DNA of 64,000 bases, from positions 32,228-96,227 of the forward strand of contig JAGVZA010000002.1 in NCBI GenBank assembly GCA_018302985.1. The letters run 5' to 3'. The notes under the pieces were generated by a model that worked only from the letters and a program-made list of their open reading frames with translations, was not told the origin of the DNA and ran no database searches. Positions 54,474 through 63,825 of this stretch are shown in pieces. Origin of the DNA: Candidatus Woesearchaeota archaeon. GTDB taxonomy: Archaea; Nanobdellota; Nanobdellia; SCGC-AAA011-G17; UBA489. The position numbers and the translations under genes were made by a program. Numbering within the stretch: position 1 is the stretch's first letter; every line of letters begins with the position of its first letter.

Positions 54474-55679
54474 ATGGATTTCAAAAAAATATTAGCAACT
54501 TGTAAACCTTCGCCAGAAGAGGAACTGCATTTGCAAAAACTAGTGAAGGAAATACTTAGTAAAATCAAGATTCCCGGTGCAAAACCCATATTAGGTGGTT
54601 CAGGTGCCAAGAATACCTGGCTAAGGGGAACGCATGATATCGATATTTATGTAAAATTTAATGTAAAACAATATAGTCGCAAAACAGATCAACTAGCAGA
54701 TATTTTAGAAAAAGCACTAAAAAAACATTTCAAGCTAGATCGTTTGCATGGCTCTCGAGATTATTATCAAGTATACAAAGCCCCATATACAGTAGAAATA
54801 GTCCCTATTTTAGATATCAAAAAAGCTGCAGAAGCAAAAAATATCACAGACTTTTCACATTTACACGTTGCCTACGTGCAAAAATACAAAAAAGCAGCAG
54901 ATGAAATTCGTTTAGCAAAATTATTTGCAAAAGCCCAAGGCATCTATGGTGCAGAAAGTTATATGCAGGGATTTTCTGGGTATGTTATGGAGTTGTTAGT
55001 TATTCACTATGGTTCATTCATGAAGATGATGCGTGCAGTTGCAAAATGGAAAGAAACAACCATCATCGGCGATAAAAAAGAAGCGCTCAGTCTTAATCCA
55101 GCAAAAAAAGTATCTCCTTTAATTTTGGTAGATCCTGTCCAGCCAGAAAGAAATGCAGCCGCTGCTCTATCAGAAGAAAAATATCAGCAATGTATCAAAG
55201 CTTGTCAAAAATTCCTAAAGCATCCCTCAGAAAATTTATTCGAAGAAGAAGAGATCAACTGGGAAAAAATCAAAAAGAAAGGAACTGTATGGTATTGCGC
55301 AGTAACTCCTTTGCCAGAGAAAAAAGATGTTGCTGGAGCTAAAATGTTAAAAGCATTTGATTTCACTAAACAAACCTTAGAACGTGCAGAATTTAAACTC
55401 TATAAATCTGGTTGGCAATATGCTGCTCCGTCTTTTTTCTATTTTGTAGTAGATAAAAAACCCCTATCACCAACACTACTGAGACAAGGTCCTCCTTTAA
55501 CACATCCAGAAGGAGTCCTACATTTCAAAAAACAACACAAGAAAATACTCACGAAAAAAGGTCGTTTATATGCAGAAGTCCCTCGAGAATTTACACATGC
55601 ACAAGACTGTCTTAAGAGTGTTCTAGCCTCAGAAAACGTTGTAAATAGGGTCAAAAACGTCTCCGTAAGCATTCTGTAA
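54474..55679 (+). CDS. cca: class I (archaeal-type) tRNA CCA-adding nucleotidyltransferase
   Basis: ILGGSGAKNTWLRGTHDIDIYVKF matches the class I CCA-enzyme catalytic motif (GS.ARGT.L.G.SDIDIF). Protein length ~400 aa. ATG at 54474. Confidence 0.7.
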   Translation: MDFKKILATCKPSPEEELHLQKLVKEILSKIKIPGAKPILGGSGAKNTWLRGTHDIDIYVKFNVKQYSRKTDQLADILEKALKKHFKLDRLHGSRDYYQVYKAPYTVEIVPILDIKKAAEAKNITDFSHLHVAYVQKYKKAADEIRLAKLFAKAQGIYGAESYMQGFSGYVMELLVIHYGSFMKMMRAVAKWKETTIIGDKKEALSLNPAKKVSPLILVDPVQPERNAAAALSEEKYQQCIKACQKFLKHPSENLFEEEEINWEKIKKKGTVWYCAVTPLPEKKDVAGAKMLKAFDFTKQTLERAEFKLYKSGWQYAAPSFFYFVVDKKPLSPTLLRQGPPLTHPEGVLHFKKQHKKILTKKGRLYAEVPREFTHAQDCLKSVLASENVVNRVKNVSVSIL

Positions 55680-55721
55680 GCACAAGTAAATCTTATAAAG
55701 GAGGGTAGGTGCATCTCTCCT

Positions 55722-56012
55722 ATGACTACAGAACAAACAAATCCTAATCTAGATGAATATGATATTGTAATGGATAGAGAGGGATTAATTCTTTTAGCAA
55801 AGGAAGCAATAGGACCTGGCAACGAAAGTCCTCTTGTTCAATTAACTGCGGCCTTGCATAATCGTGGTATTAATCATGCATCAAATACAGTATGGGATTC
55901 TGAAACTGCAGGTCTTGTAGAACTATATCAAGTTGTATATGTTCCTAAAGAAGAATTAGTTCATGCAATACCTCTACAACTAAGATATCTCACACGTCAA
56001 CAGAGTGCTTAA
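55722..56012 (+). CDS. hypothetical protein (96 aa)
   Basis: ORF with an AAGGAGGGT Shine-Dalgarno upstream. Confidence 0.35.
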   Translation: MTTEQTNPNLDEYDIVMDREGLILLAKEAIGPGNESPLVQLTAALHNRGINHASNTVWDSETAGLVELYQVVYVPKEELVHAIPLQLRYLTRQQSA

Positions 56013-56094
56013 TTAAGCACATCTTTTTCTGTACACAAATAAAGATGTTGCAGCGACCAAAAGTGTTATTAAGCTGAAACTTCTCTGCTAAGCT

Positions 56095-56595
56095 ATGCCA
56101 GGGCAAAAGAAGGTGGTTATTAACGACGCTAAGATCAAGCAAGAATCCGTCGTCAATATGACTGAATTCTATAAAGCTCTTTTTAACTGGTTTGCAAATT
56201 ATGGATATGATTTTTCTGAGGATGAATACAATGAAAAAGATACTGGGAAAAACAAAGATCTTAAGATTTACTGGACTGCTGAGAAAAAAATGGATCTCTA
56301 CATCAAGTGGAGAATAGAACTTAGCATGCTTATTCTAGGATTGGAAAGTGTTGAAATTGATCGTAATGGTCTCAAGTTAAAGACGAACAAATGTTCTATA
56401 GAATTTAAGATTACTTCCTCAATGATTAAAGATTATGATGATAAATGGAGCAAAGGATTCATGGCTTTGTTTAGAAGACTGTATGATCAAGTCGTTGCTC
56501 GTCAAAGATATAACAAGATGGAAGATGAGTTAATCAGAGAGACTAATAAGCTTATTGATGAAATCAAGGCTTTCTTGAACTTGTATCAGGCATAA
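56095..56595 (+). CDS. hypothetical protein (166 aa)
   Basis: ORF only. Confidence 0.4.
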   Translation: MPGQKKVVINDAKIKQESVVNMTEFYKALFNWFANYGYDFSEDEYNEKDTGKNKDLKIYWTAEKKMDLYIKWRIELSMLILGLESVEIDRNGLKLKTNKCSIEFKITSSMIKDYDDKWSKGFMALFRRLYDQVVARQRYNKMEDELIRETNKLIDEIKAFLNLYQA

Positions 56596-58039
56596 TTTTT
56601 TCTACTGCAGCAAGATATCTTTGCATATTATATTTGCGCACTAGTCCAGACATATTCATCAAGCGCACTTTGCCAAAGATAGGTTTGGTAAACCAGGGTC
56701 TATCATGTAATCCTCCTAAAGCCCATGCAATGCCCGCATAACCATTTGGATCTCGTCCATCTAAGGAATATTTATCATTCAAATATACCGCGATCTTAAA
56801 CGCGTCTTGAGGTCGTTTTGTCCAGGTCAGAAGTTGTTTGCACCAGTACATGCGCATGAAACCATGCATGCTTCCAGTATAGACCATTTCTAATTGAGCA
56901 GCATTCCAATAAGGATCATGAGTTTGTGCTCGTTCCAATTGTTCTTTGGTATACAGATAAAGTCTCTTGTCTTGTTTATGTTCTTGCAAGGTTTTTCTGC
57001 TCCAGACTGGCATGCCTTGATAGGTTGCATGTTTTTTATTGAAATGACAAAAATTATACGCTAGATCTCTGCGCACAATAAGTTGATCAAAATAAATGTG
57101 TATTGCATCAGGACTTATCAGACTTTTAAAAAGACGATCCACGCTCAGTTTTTTGTGCTGTAAAATCTGTCTGGCTATAGCAATAGGTGAAATCATCCCA
57201 AAATGAAGATAAGGCGATAAGTGTGATGTTCTTTGTAAAGTTGGGTCATCTTTGGTAACTTCATAAGTATCTAAATTATGAGCAATAAAATAAGTAAGTT
57301 TTTCTTGTGCTGCAGTCTCTCCACCTTTGAAAGCACTAGGTCTTACAGTGTGATCTATCGATGATCTGCTGACTTCCTTAGCGACATCAAAATCTGGAGG
57401 TAGAAAATACTCTGGATAGACAAACGGCTTTTTGTTGAGCAATACAGGATTAGTAACATCTTCCAAGGCTTCTGCTAAGACTTTATGAATCTTGGATCTG
57501 ATAGTAGCAGCGCTCCATTTTTGTTTGTCAAAAAAGCGCATAGGCACAGTAGTGCAGGAATCAACAACATAATGACTCATCAAACAGCGTTGAGTAACAG
57601 TAGTATTTTCAAGAGGAGTCACAAAAGAAGGATAATCATCACTTACAAGACAAATTGCTTTTTTCAGGAAAGTATCTAGTGCAGGTTGTTTTTTCCCGCG
57701 AACTAAATAAAATCCATAATTAATACCTAGTTTCTTAAATCGTTGATAGAGTTCTTTCACTCCTTCTAAAATGAAAGTATACGTGCGATCAGAAGCATAA
57801 GGATAATCTTCGTCTAAGGCATGGTAGACAACTAAAGGAACTTTATATCTATTCGCTTGCTCAATCGCAAACTGCAAGGCAAAGTTAAAAGTTGTTCTTT
57901 GCGTCATCTGCATCCAATACAAGACATAGTCTCCAGTAGGATCATCTTGTTTGCTATTCAAGAGAAAAATGCGTTTTTGTCCTAGTCCTCGCAATCGTTG
58001 AATGTCTTTTGTTTTCCAAAATGGAAGATTGGAGGGCAT
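56564..58039 (-). CDS. phr: class II CPD photolyase
   Basis: The C-terminal GFMRMYWCKQLLTWT...DPNGYAGIAWALGGLHDRPW matches the class II photolyase FAD-binding signature. Confidence 0.8.
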   Translation of the reverse strand: MPSNLPFWKTKDIQRLRGLGQKRIFLLNSKQDDPTGDYVLYWMQMTQRTTFNFALQFAIEQANRYKVPLVVYHALDEDYPYASDRTYTFILEGVKELYQRFKKLGINYGFYLVRGKKQPALDTFLKKAICLVSDDYPSFVTPLENTTVTQRCLMSHYVVDSCTTVPMRFFDKQKWSAATIRSKIHKVLAEALEDVTNPVLLNKKPFVYPEYFLPPDFDVAKEVSRSSIDHTVRPSAFKGGETAAQEKLTYFIAHNLDTYEVTKDDPTLQRTSHLSPYLHFGMISPIAIARQILQHKKLSVDRLFKSLISPDAIHIYFDQLIVRRDLAYNFCHFNKKHATYQGMPVWSRKTLQEHKQDKRLYLYTKEQLERAQTHDPYWNAAQLEMVYTGSMHGFMRMYWCKQLLTWTKRPQDAFKIAVYLNDKYSLDGRDPNGYAGIAWALGGLHDRPWFTKPIFGKVRLMNMSGLVRKYNMQRYLAAVEKIMPDTSSRKP

Positions 58040-58042
58040 GGG

Positions 58043-58426
58043 TTAAGAAACTATCAATTTGACAAAATCAATTTTTTTGCTTGTTTGCAGTTTCTGAAGA
58101 AGTTTTTTGATAAGAGTAGCATCTCCTTGTACCATAAAAGTTTCAAGACAGTGTTCATTTGCTAAATGGGTATGAAAATGCGTTTTAATTAGATCACGAT
58201 ACTCATGACGAAGAGCTGAAACTTCCTTGGAATGTTGATCTTTATGAGTAACTAATAATACTCCCTCAACTTTTCCCTTAAGATGTGCTTGTGTTTTATG
58301 TTCTGTCAGCAAGCTGCGTAAACCTGCCCGAATAATCTCACTGCGTCCAGTGAACCCTAGTGCAGTCTGTAGCTGATCAATCTCTTGTAAAAGGTCATCT
58401 GGTAAGGACATGCTGATGATAGTCAT
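58043..58426 (-). CDS. nikR: nickel-responsive regulator NikR-like (RHH plus ACT-like metal-binding domain)
   Basis: N-terminal RHH IISMSLPDDLLQEIDQLQTALGFTGRSEIIRAGLR. C-terminal His/Cys cluster HFHTHL...HC. Confidence 0.65.
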   Translation of the reverse strand: MTIISMSLPDDLLQEIDQLQTALGFTGRSEIIRAGLRSLLTEHKTQAHLKGKVEGVLLVTHKDQHSKEVSALRHEYRDLIKTHFHTHLANEHCLETFMVQGDATLIKKLLQKLQTSKKIDFVKLIVS

Positions 58427-58486
58427 AGAAGAAATGAGCAGTCTTAGTTTATAAGGTTTATTAAGAAAAAGCGTGAAACTTAGTAA

Positions 58487-58876
58487 CTATTTTTTTCTCG
58501 CAAAAGCATCTAATAAAAGTAATCCAACACCTATCACATTAAAACTATCAGCAAGATTAAAGCTAGGCCAGAAAGGAACATGAATAAAATCAATCACATA
58601 CCCATAGAAAACACGATCTAATAAATTACCTAAAGTGCCCCCCAAAAGAAAACCTAAAGCAAGTTGATATTCATGACTATAATACACAAGCACAGCAATC
58701 ACTACTACGGCTATAAAAATTAAAAGCCAAGTTTGTCCTTGAAGAATTCCGAAGGCAGCACCAGTATTTGTAGTATATCTAAATCCATTATTTACAACAA
58801 AAGATTTGCTAAAGTGATCCAGAAGAAAAACTACTAAGCCAGTCACATAAAATAACCAAGGTATGGATTTTACCAT
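58487..58876 (-). CDS. lspA: lipoprotein signal peptidase II
   Basis: LDHFSK...NTGAAFG and FNLADSFNVIGVGLLLL match the LspA conserved boxes. 4 TM helices. Confidence 0.7.
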   Translation of the reverse strand: MVKSIPWLFYVTGLVVFLLDHFSKSFVVNNGFRYTTNTGAAFGILQGQTWLLIFIAVVVIAVLVYYSHEYQLALGFLLGGTLGNLLDRVFYGYVIDFIHVPFWPSFNLADSFNVIGVGLLLLDAFARKK

Positions 58877-59193
58877 CGTCGTACAGTTTGATAAGCTGGT
58901 GATTGTGATGATTGTTGCTGGCCGCGTAATGCTTGTTCAATCTTTTCTAAACGAAGATTCACTTGTTCTAAACGCGCAGCAAGGACGTCTAATTTTGCTA
59001 TAATAGTTTGTGATTCTGCTGCCATAATACTCTGCGGTCGTTCTAAAGAAGGAGGAGGCATTAAGCCTGTTAAAGGTGATAAAGGTTCACGAAAAGCTTC
59101 TGCAGCTTGAAAAGAACTTTCTTGCCAGGCAGCACCATTAAGTATGGGTGATTGAACTGCTTCCTTCTTTTTGAATAAACTAAAAATACCCAT
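58870..59193 (-). CDS. hypothetical coiled-coil protein (107 aa)
   Basis: ORF overlapping the lspA start by 7 nt. Confidence 0.3.
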   Translation of the reverse strand: MGIFSLFKKKEAVQSPILNGAAWQESSFQAAEAFREPLSPLTGLMPPPSLERPQSIMAAESQTIIAKLDVLAARLEQVNLRLEKIEQALRGQQQSSQSPAYQTVRRW

Positions 59194-59288
59194 AGGAAAA
59201 AGGATGCTAAGGAGTTTAAATAGCTTCTTGTTAAAAATCTAGCAACCACAAAACCTTTAAATGTGAGAACTTCACCCATAAAGAACAC

Positions 59289-60746
59289 ATGGCAGATTTG
59301 GTGACAGCACAGTTTGAAAAAAAAGAAGGAAAAGATCCTAAAGGAGATCTAGCTAAAAATAAAGTGCTTGCTCCAGGTAAGTTTGGTTTAGGCAAAGCAC
59401 AATATCGCATGGTTATTGATTCTCCTGTTGCTGGTGTCGAAGGCATTTATTTCTGGATTATTCATAATATGGAAGACAAGCCCCCCTTCGGTTTCAATTA
59501 TACTGGAGAAACTGGAGAAATAAAAAAAATTAAAGATATTTATACTGCAGGAGAAACTTCTTCTTATTGGGGTATGTCAGAGCAGAGAAAAGGTGTACAG
59601 CAGGATAAATTCCAGCAGCTCATGGCCAATGTCGGTCAGCTCCTCAAAACATTATTTCAGCTATTAAGAGAATTACGTATCATCGAAGAACGTCTCGAAT
59701 TCTATAAGAAGAGCGAAGCAGGAGATAGAAGTTCAGAAGTTGCCTTAAAGAGTATTTGGGTAGATTTAGTGGAAGGTGGTTCAAAGAATGCAGCTTCAGT
59801 CCTAGGTTTAGGAACACAAGTAGGATTTGTTACTTTGCCAGATTTATTCTTTTCAGTCCATCCAAAAACGCCAGGAGATGTTGATCGTGAAGTAGACAAG
59901 TTAGAAAAAGGTGGCTTTAACAGAAAAGTGCGTGAAGTCTTGGGAAGAAAGCTTACACAGTATCTCACTTGGAAAGAAAAAACCTATAAGGAATTAAGAC
60001 AAGGATATGAGTTCAAGTTAAAATATTTGCGCCAGCATTATCATGTGATTAAATTATATCTCAATTGGCTTCGTCCCTATCTCCAGAATGTCCAAAGATT
60101 ACAAATGCAAGATACCAGACATGACAAGGAAATTATTGCAGCCTTTGAGACATCACGAATACAATTGGAAGTAATAGGCATCAAGAGACAATATGAAGAG
60201 GACGGTGAATATGGTAAGCAGCTCAAGAAATTCGAAGAGTTCTTTCCGGTAGTTCGTGTAAAAATAGATCATGTTGCAATGCCTGAAATAGCATATCAGA
60301 CTGAAGGACAGCGCGGTGCTATTCATAGGGGAAGAACTATTTTGACTATTGAAGCTTTTGTTGCGCAAGTAGTAAAAGATAGCGATGGGAATATTATCAG
60401 AGATGATATTAAAGAGTATGAGCAGAAATTAGAAGGAGAGGATATGGAGCTTTTGGCAGCCGTCGATGCCTCTATTTTAGCATTAAAAGATGATCTAGAA
60501 TATTATCTGATTCAAGGCGGCGATATCAAGAAAAAAGAAGAGGAGGAAGCAAAAAAAGATGGTCCGTTCAATCCTTTCAAGCACCTCTTTCTAGGTTTCA
60601 AAGAATTAGCACAAATCCCAACTAAAAACAGGGGAAAGAAAAGCAAGAATTTAGGTGAGAAAGGATCAGCAGAAAAAATAGCAAAGTCAGACGCTTATAT
60701 AATATATAATCTCTACAAAAAAACACACGGTATGTTTGCAGAATAG
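59289..60746 (+). CDS. hypothetical protein (485 aa)
   Basis: Long ORF with no recognisable domain. Confidence 0.5.
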   Translation: MADLVTAQFEKKEGKDPKGDLAKNKVLAPGKFGLGKAQYRMVIDSPVAGVEGIYFWIIHNMEDKPPFGFNYTGETGEIKKIKDIYTAGETSSYWGMSEQRKGVQQDKFQQLMANVGQLLKTLFQLLRELRIIEERLEFYKKSEAGDRSSEVALKSIWVDLVEGGSKNAASVLGLGTQVGFVTLPDLFFSVHPKTPGDVDREVDKLEKGGFNRKVREVLGRKLTQYLTWKEKTYKELRQGYEFKLKYLRQHYHVIKLYLNWLRPYLQNVQRLQMQDTRHDKEIIAAFETSRIQLEVIGIKRQYEEDGEYGKQLKKFEEFFPVVRVKIDHVAMPEIAYQTEGQRGAIHRGRTILTIEAFVAQVVKDSDGNIIRDDIKEYEQKLEGEDMELLAAVDASILALKDDLEYYLIQGGDIKKKEEEEAKKDGPFNPFKHLFLGFKELAQIPTKNRGKKSKNLGEKGSAEKIAKSDAYIIYNLYKKTHGMFAE

Positions 60747-60832
60747 TGTTATTAAGTCTTTATAAATAAAATAATAAAATGTTATTAAGAAAATGCTTAA
60801 ATAGTAATAAGAAAGAGATGTGATGTTGTAGT

Positions 60833-61612
60833 ATGAATGAAATGTTGGTCTATGCATTGGGAAGTGTTTTGCTCTCAAGTGTACTCTCTTTAATTGGAGT
60901 GATAACTTTCTTTGTTCGCTCCTCATTTCTCAAGCATCATCTTATTTATTTAGTAAGTTTTGGTGCAGGTGCATTGTTTGGTGACGCATTTATTCATCTC
61001 TTGCCTGAAAGCGTAGAAGCAGTGGGCGGATTCACTTTAGCTATATCTGTACCTATCCTCTTGGGAATCGTACTCTCTTTCATAGTAGAGAAGTTTGTAC
61101 ATTGGCACCATTGCCATCATATTAATCATGCAGGTCATAAACATCATTTAGATCATCAGCAGCGAGGGAGTACTTTAGCGACAATGAATTTGTTCGGCGA
61201 TGCTACACATAACTTTATCGATGGTGTTATTATTGCTGCTAGCTATCTAGTAAGCATTCCAGTAGGTATTGCAACTACTATTGCAGTCTTGTTGCATGAA
61301 TTGCCTCAAGAATTAGGAGACTTCGGTATTCTTTTACATACGGGCATGTCCAAAGGAAAAGCACTTTGGTATAATTTCTTGGTAAGTCTTACTGCTATAG
61401 CAGGTGTATTGATAGCATTTTTCCTAAATAATTATATAGGAGGATTAACACAGTTCTTATTGCCTTTCTCAGCAGGCGCTTTCATCTATATTGCTGGCTC
61501 AGACCTCATTCCAGAGCTCCATCATGAAATTAAAGTAGAACGTTCCATTATGCAATTAGCTATGTTTATTTTAGGTGTTATTATAATGCTTACTTTATTA
61601 CTTTTAGAATAA
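60833..61612 (+). CDS. ZIP-family metal transporter (ZupT-like)
   Basis: HELPQELGDFGILL and His-rich loop HWHHCHHINHAGHKHHLDH; 8 TM helices. Confidence 0.8.
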   Translation: MNEMLVYALGSVLLSSVLSLIGVITFFVRSSFLKHHLIYLVSFGAGALFGDAFIHLLPESVEAVGGFTLAISVPILLGIVLSFIVEKFVHWHHCHHINHAGHKHHLDHQQRGSTLATMNLFGDATHNFIDGVIIAASYLVSIPVGIATTIAVLLHELPQELGDFGILLHTGMSKGKALWYNFLVSLTAIAGVLIAFFLNNYIGGLTQFLLPFSAGAFIYIAGSDLIPELHHEIKVERSIMQLAMFILGVIIMLTLLLLE

Positions 61613-61852
61613 CTACAGAAATTCCCAGAGAAAATTTTCTTCTTCGGGGTTATAAAAAGTTAAAGGATGGTTCTCATGTAAATGAATTGTTCTTAACATA
61701 TATTCTAACCAGTCATACTTTGGTAATTCTTTTCCTTCATTCATAAGCAGATAAGCATCCTCGTTGGTATCGCCTGTGTATTCCATAATCGTCACCTCAC
61801 ATGTTGATATAAGGAAACAGAGTTGTACAAGTATATACATATTTTTGACCAA
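61613..61852 (-). CDS. hypothetical small protein (79 aa)
   Basis: ORF only. Confidence 0.3.
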   Translation of the reverse strand: MVKNMYILVQLCFLISTCEVTIMEYTGDTNEDAYLLMNEGKELPKYDWLEYMLRTIHLHENHPLTFYNPEEENFLWEFL

Positions 61853-61913
61853 TAATTGTCCGTAGTGTTGTACAAAAGAAAAGGCTTAAATAAATCTACA
61901 CATGAGTTAAAAT

Positions 61914-62750
61914 ATGCTTACAGCAGAAACTATTAAGAAAATAGAAGATGCAGTCTATAGTAAGCCTCGTTCTGTCCAGGAAATAGCTCAGCTCATCAAA
62001 AAGAACTGGAGAACAGCAGATCGTTATATTGAACAAATAGAAAAAGAATTTGGCACAATAGCAACAAGAACATTTAGAGAAGGAACTAGAGGTTCTTTAA
62101 AGATAGTCTATTGGGCTGCCGTAGAAAATATCAGCCATTCCATCATCCAGCAAAAACTTGAAGAAACTATAATGCAGGCAAAGAAAAAAGAAGAGTTTTC
62201 AGCATTTGATATCTATCAATACATTGCAGACACTCAAAAAGAAGTCTCTCTGGAAGAAGGAAAAGAAGAAGGAGAAAAAAACGTAGAAGAGCTCGTCAAG
62301 TATCTCAGGCAGGCAAAAAAACAAGTCTTTATTTTTTCAGGAAATCTTTCTTTAGTAAATCTCAAGAAAAAAGATGCAGATCTGTTTGCATGTCTAGAAC
62401 AGTTAGTAAAACAAAAAATACCTATTAAAATTATCGCACGAGTGGATATTGCTGGAAAAGAAAATGTAGAAAAAATGTTGTCCCTAAATTTTAAATATGG
62501 AAAAGAAATGGTGGAAATTCATCATCGCGATCAACCCTTAAGAGCATTCATCATAGATAACAAAGTCATTCGCATAAAAGAAGTAAGTGAACCCACAGGA
62601 AAACTCAATGAGTTAAACAAAAGAATGTTCCTCTATTATACTATCAAGGATAAAGAATGGACAGAATGGTTGACAAAACTCTTTTGGAAAATGTTCTCAA
62701 CGGCAATTGCAGCAGAAAAACGCCTGGAAGAAATGAGAAAAATTCTCTAA
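61914..62750 (+). CDS. hypothetical protein, possible N-terminal winged-helix domain
   Basis: ORF; RSVQEIAQLIKKNWRTADRYIEQIEKE is HTH-like. Weak. Confidence 0.35.
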   Translation: MLTAETIKKIEDAVYSKPRSVQEIAQLIKKNWRTADRYIEQIEKEFGTIATRTFREGTRGSLKIVYWAAVENISHSIIQQKLEETIMQAKKKEEFSAFDIYQYIADTQKEVSLEEGKEEGEKNVEELVKYLRQAKKQVFIFSGNLSLVNLKKKDADLFACLEQLVKQKIPIKIIARVDIAGKENVEKMLSLNFKYGKEMVEIHHRDQPLRAFIIDNKVIRIKEVSEPTGKLNELNKRMFLYYTIKDKEWTEWLTKLFWKMFSTAIAAEKRLEEMRKIL

Positions 62751-62787
62751 ACAGCATCTTTTTATAGCAAACAACAATCCTCAACAT

Positions 62788-63714
62788 ATGCACTTTCCAA
62801 AAGTAAAAAATCGATTCTTTTTAGCGCCTATGGTCGATGTCAGTAATCTAGCCTTTAGACTCTTATGTAGGAAATATGGCGCATCCATGGCATATACAGA
62901 GCAGTTATCCTCTTTAGCCATCCTCAGAGAAAATACAAGAACGTTAAAACTAGCAGAAACTAATGAGCAAGATAAGCCTGTAGGATTGCAATTGTTTGGT
63001 CGTAATCCAGAAATTTTAGTAGAAGCAGCAAATAAACTCAAAAAGAATTTCGATGTCATAGATTTGAATCTAGGTTGTCCCTCAAAGAAAATAGTTGCTC
63101 AAGGATATGGGTCAGCTTTGTTAAAAGAAAAAGACAAAGTCAAAGAAATTATTGAAGCATTAGTCAGTGGAGTCAACAAACCTATTACAGTCAAAATGCG
63201 TTCTGGCTTTCAGAAAGTAGAAGCTTTAGAATTAGTAAAAGTAGTTGAAAAAGCAGGAGCATGTGCTTTAACCATCCATGCTAGAACACAAGAACAACAA
63301 TACTCAGGAAAAGCAGATTGGAATCTCATCAAGCAAGTGAAGCAAGCAGTAAGTATTCCTGTCATTGGCAATGGCGATGTAGACAGTCCGCAAAAAGCAC
63401 TCCAATTATTGGAAGAAACTAAATGTGATTATATCATGATCGGTCGTGCTGCGCAGCATAATCCTATGATCTTCAAAAATATTCTCCACTATGAAAAAAC
63501 TAATGAATTTCTGGAGCAAACAACACAGGAAAAACTAGATCTCTGTTTTGAGTATGCGCAACTAGATACAGAAGGCTCCTTTGTCCGCTTGAAACAGATT
63601 TGTCAATATTTCACCAAAGGCATTACTAACGGCGCTAGACTGCGAGAAAAGCTCAATACAGCAAGGTCAAAAGAAGACATCCTAAATATACTAAAAGTAA
63701 CTACTTATAAGTAA
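62788..63714 (+). CDS. dus: tRNA-dihydrouridine synthase
   Basis: FLAPMVDVSNLAFRLLCRKYGA..., IDLNLGCP, HARTQEQQYSG are Dus family motifs. Confidence 0.8.
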   Translation: MHFPKVKNRFFLAPMVDVSNLAFRLLCRKYGASMAYTEQLSSLAILRENTRTLKLAETNEQDKPVGLQLFGRNPEILVEAANKLKKNFDVIDLNLGCPSKKIVAQGYGSALLKEKDKVKEIIEALVSGVNKPITVKMRSGFQKVEALELVKVVEKAGACALTIHARTQEQQYSGKADWNLIKQVKQAVSIPVIGNGDVDSPQKALQLLEETKCDYIMIGRAAQHNPMIFKNILHYEKTNEFLEQTTQEKLDLCFEYAQLDTEGSFVRLKQICQYFTKGITNGARLREKLNTARSKEDILNILKVTTYK

Positions 63715-63825
63715 CTACTAATAGAAAGCTTTATAAATGAGAAAAGAGATACTAGTTAGATAAAAAAGGGCTTCACCAGTACTTTAGAGTATAGTTCTTT
63801 ACAAACAACTACGGAGAAATAAACA

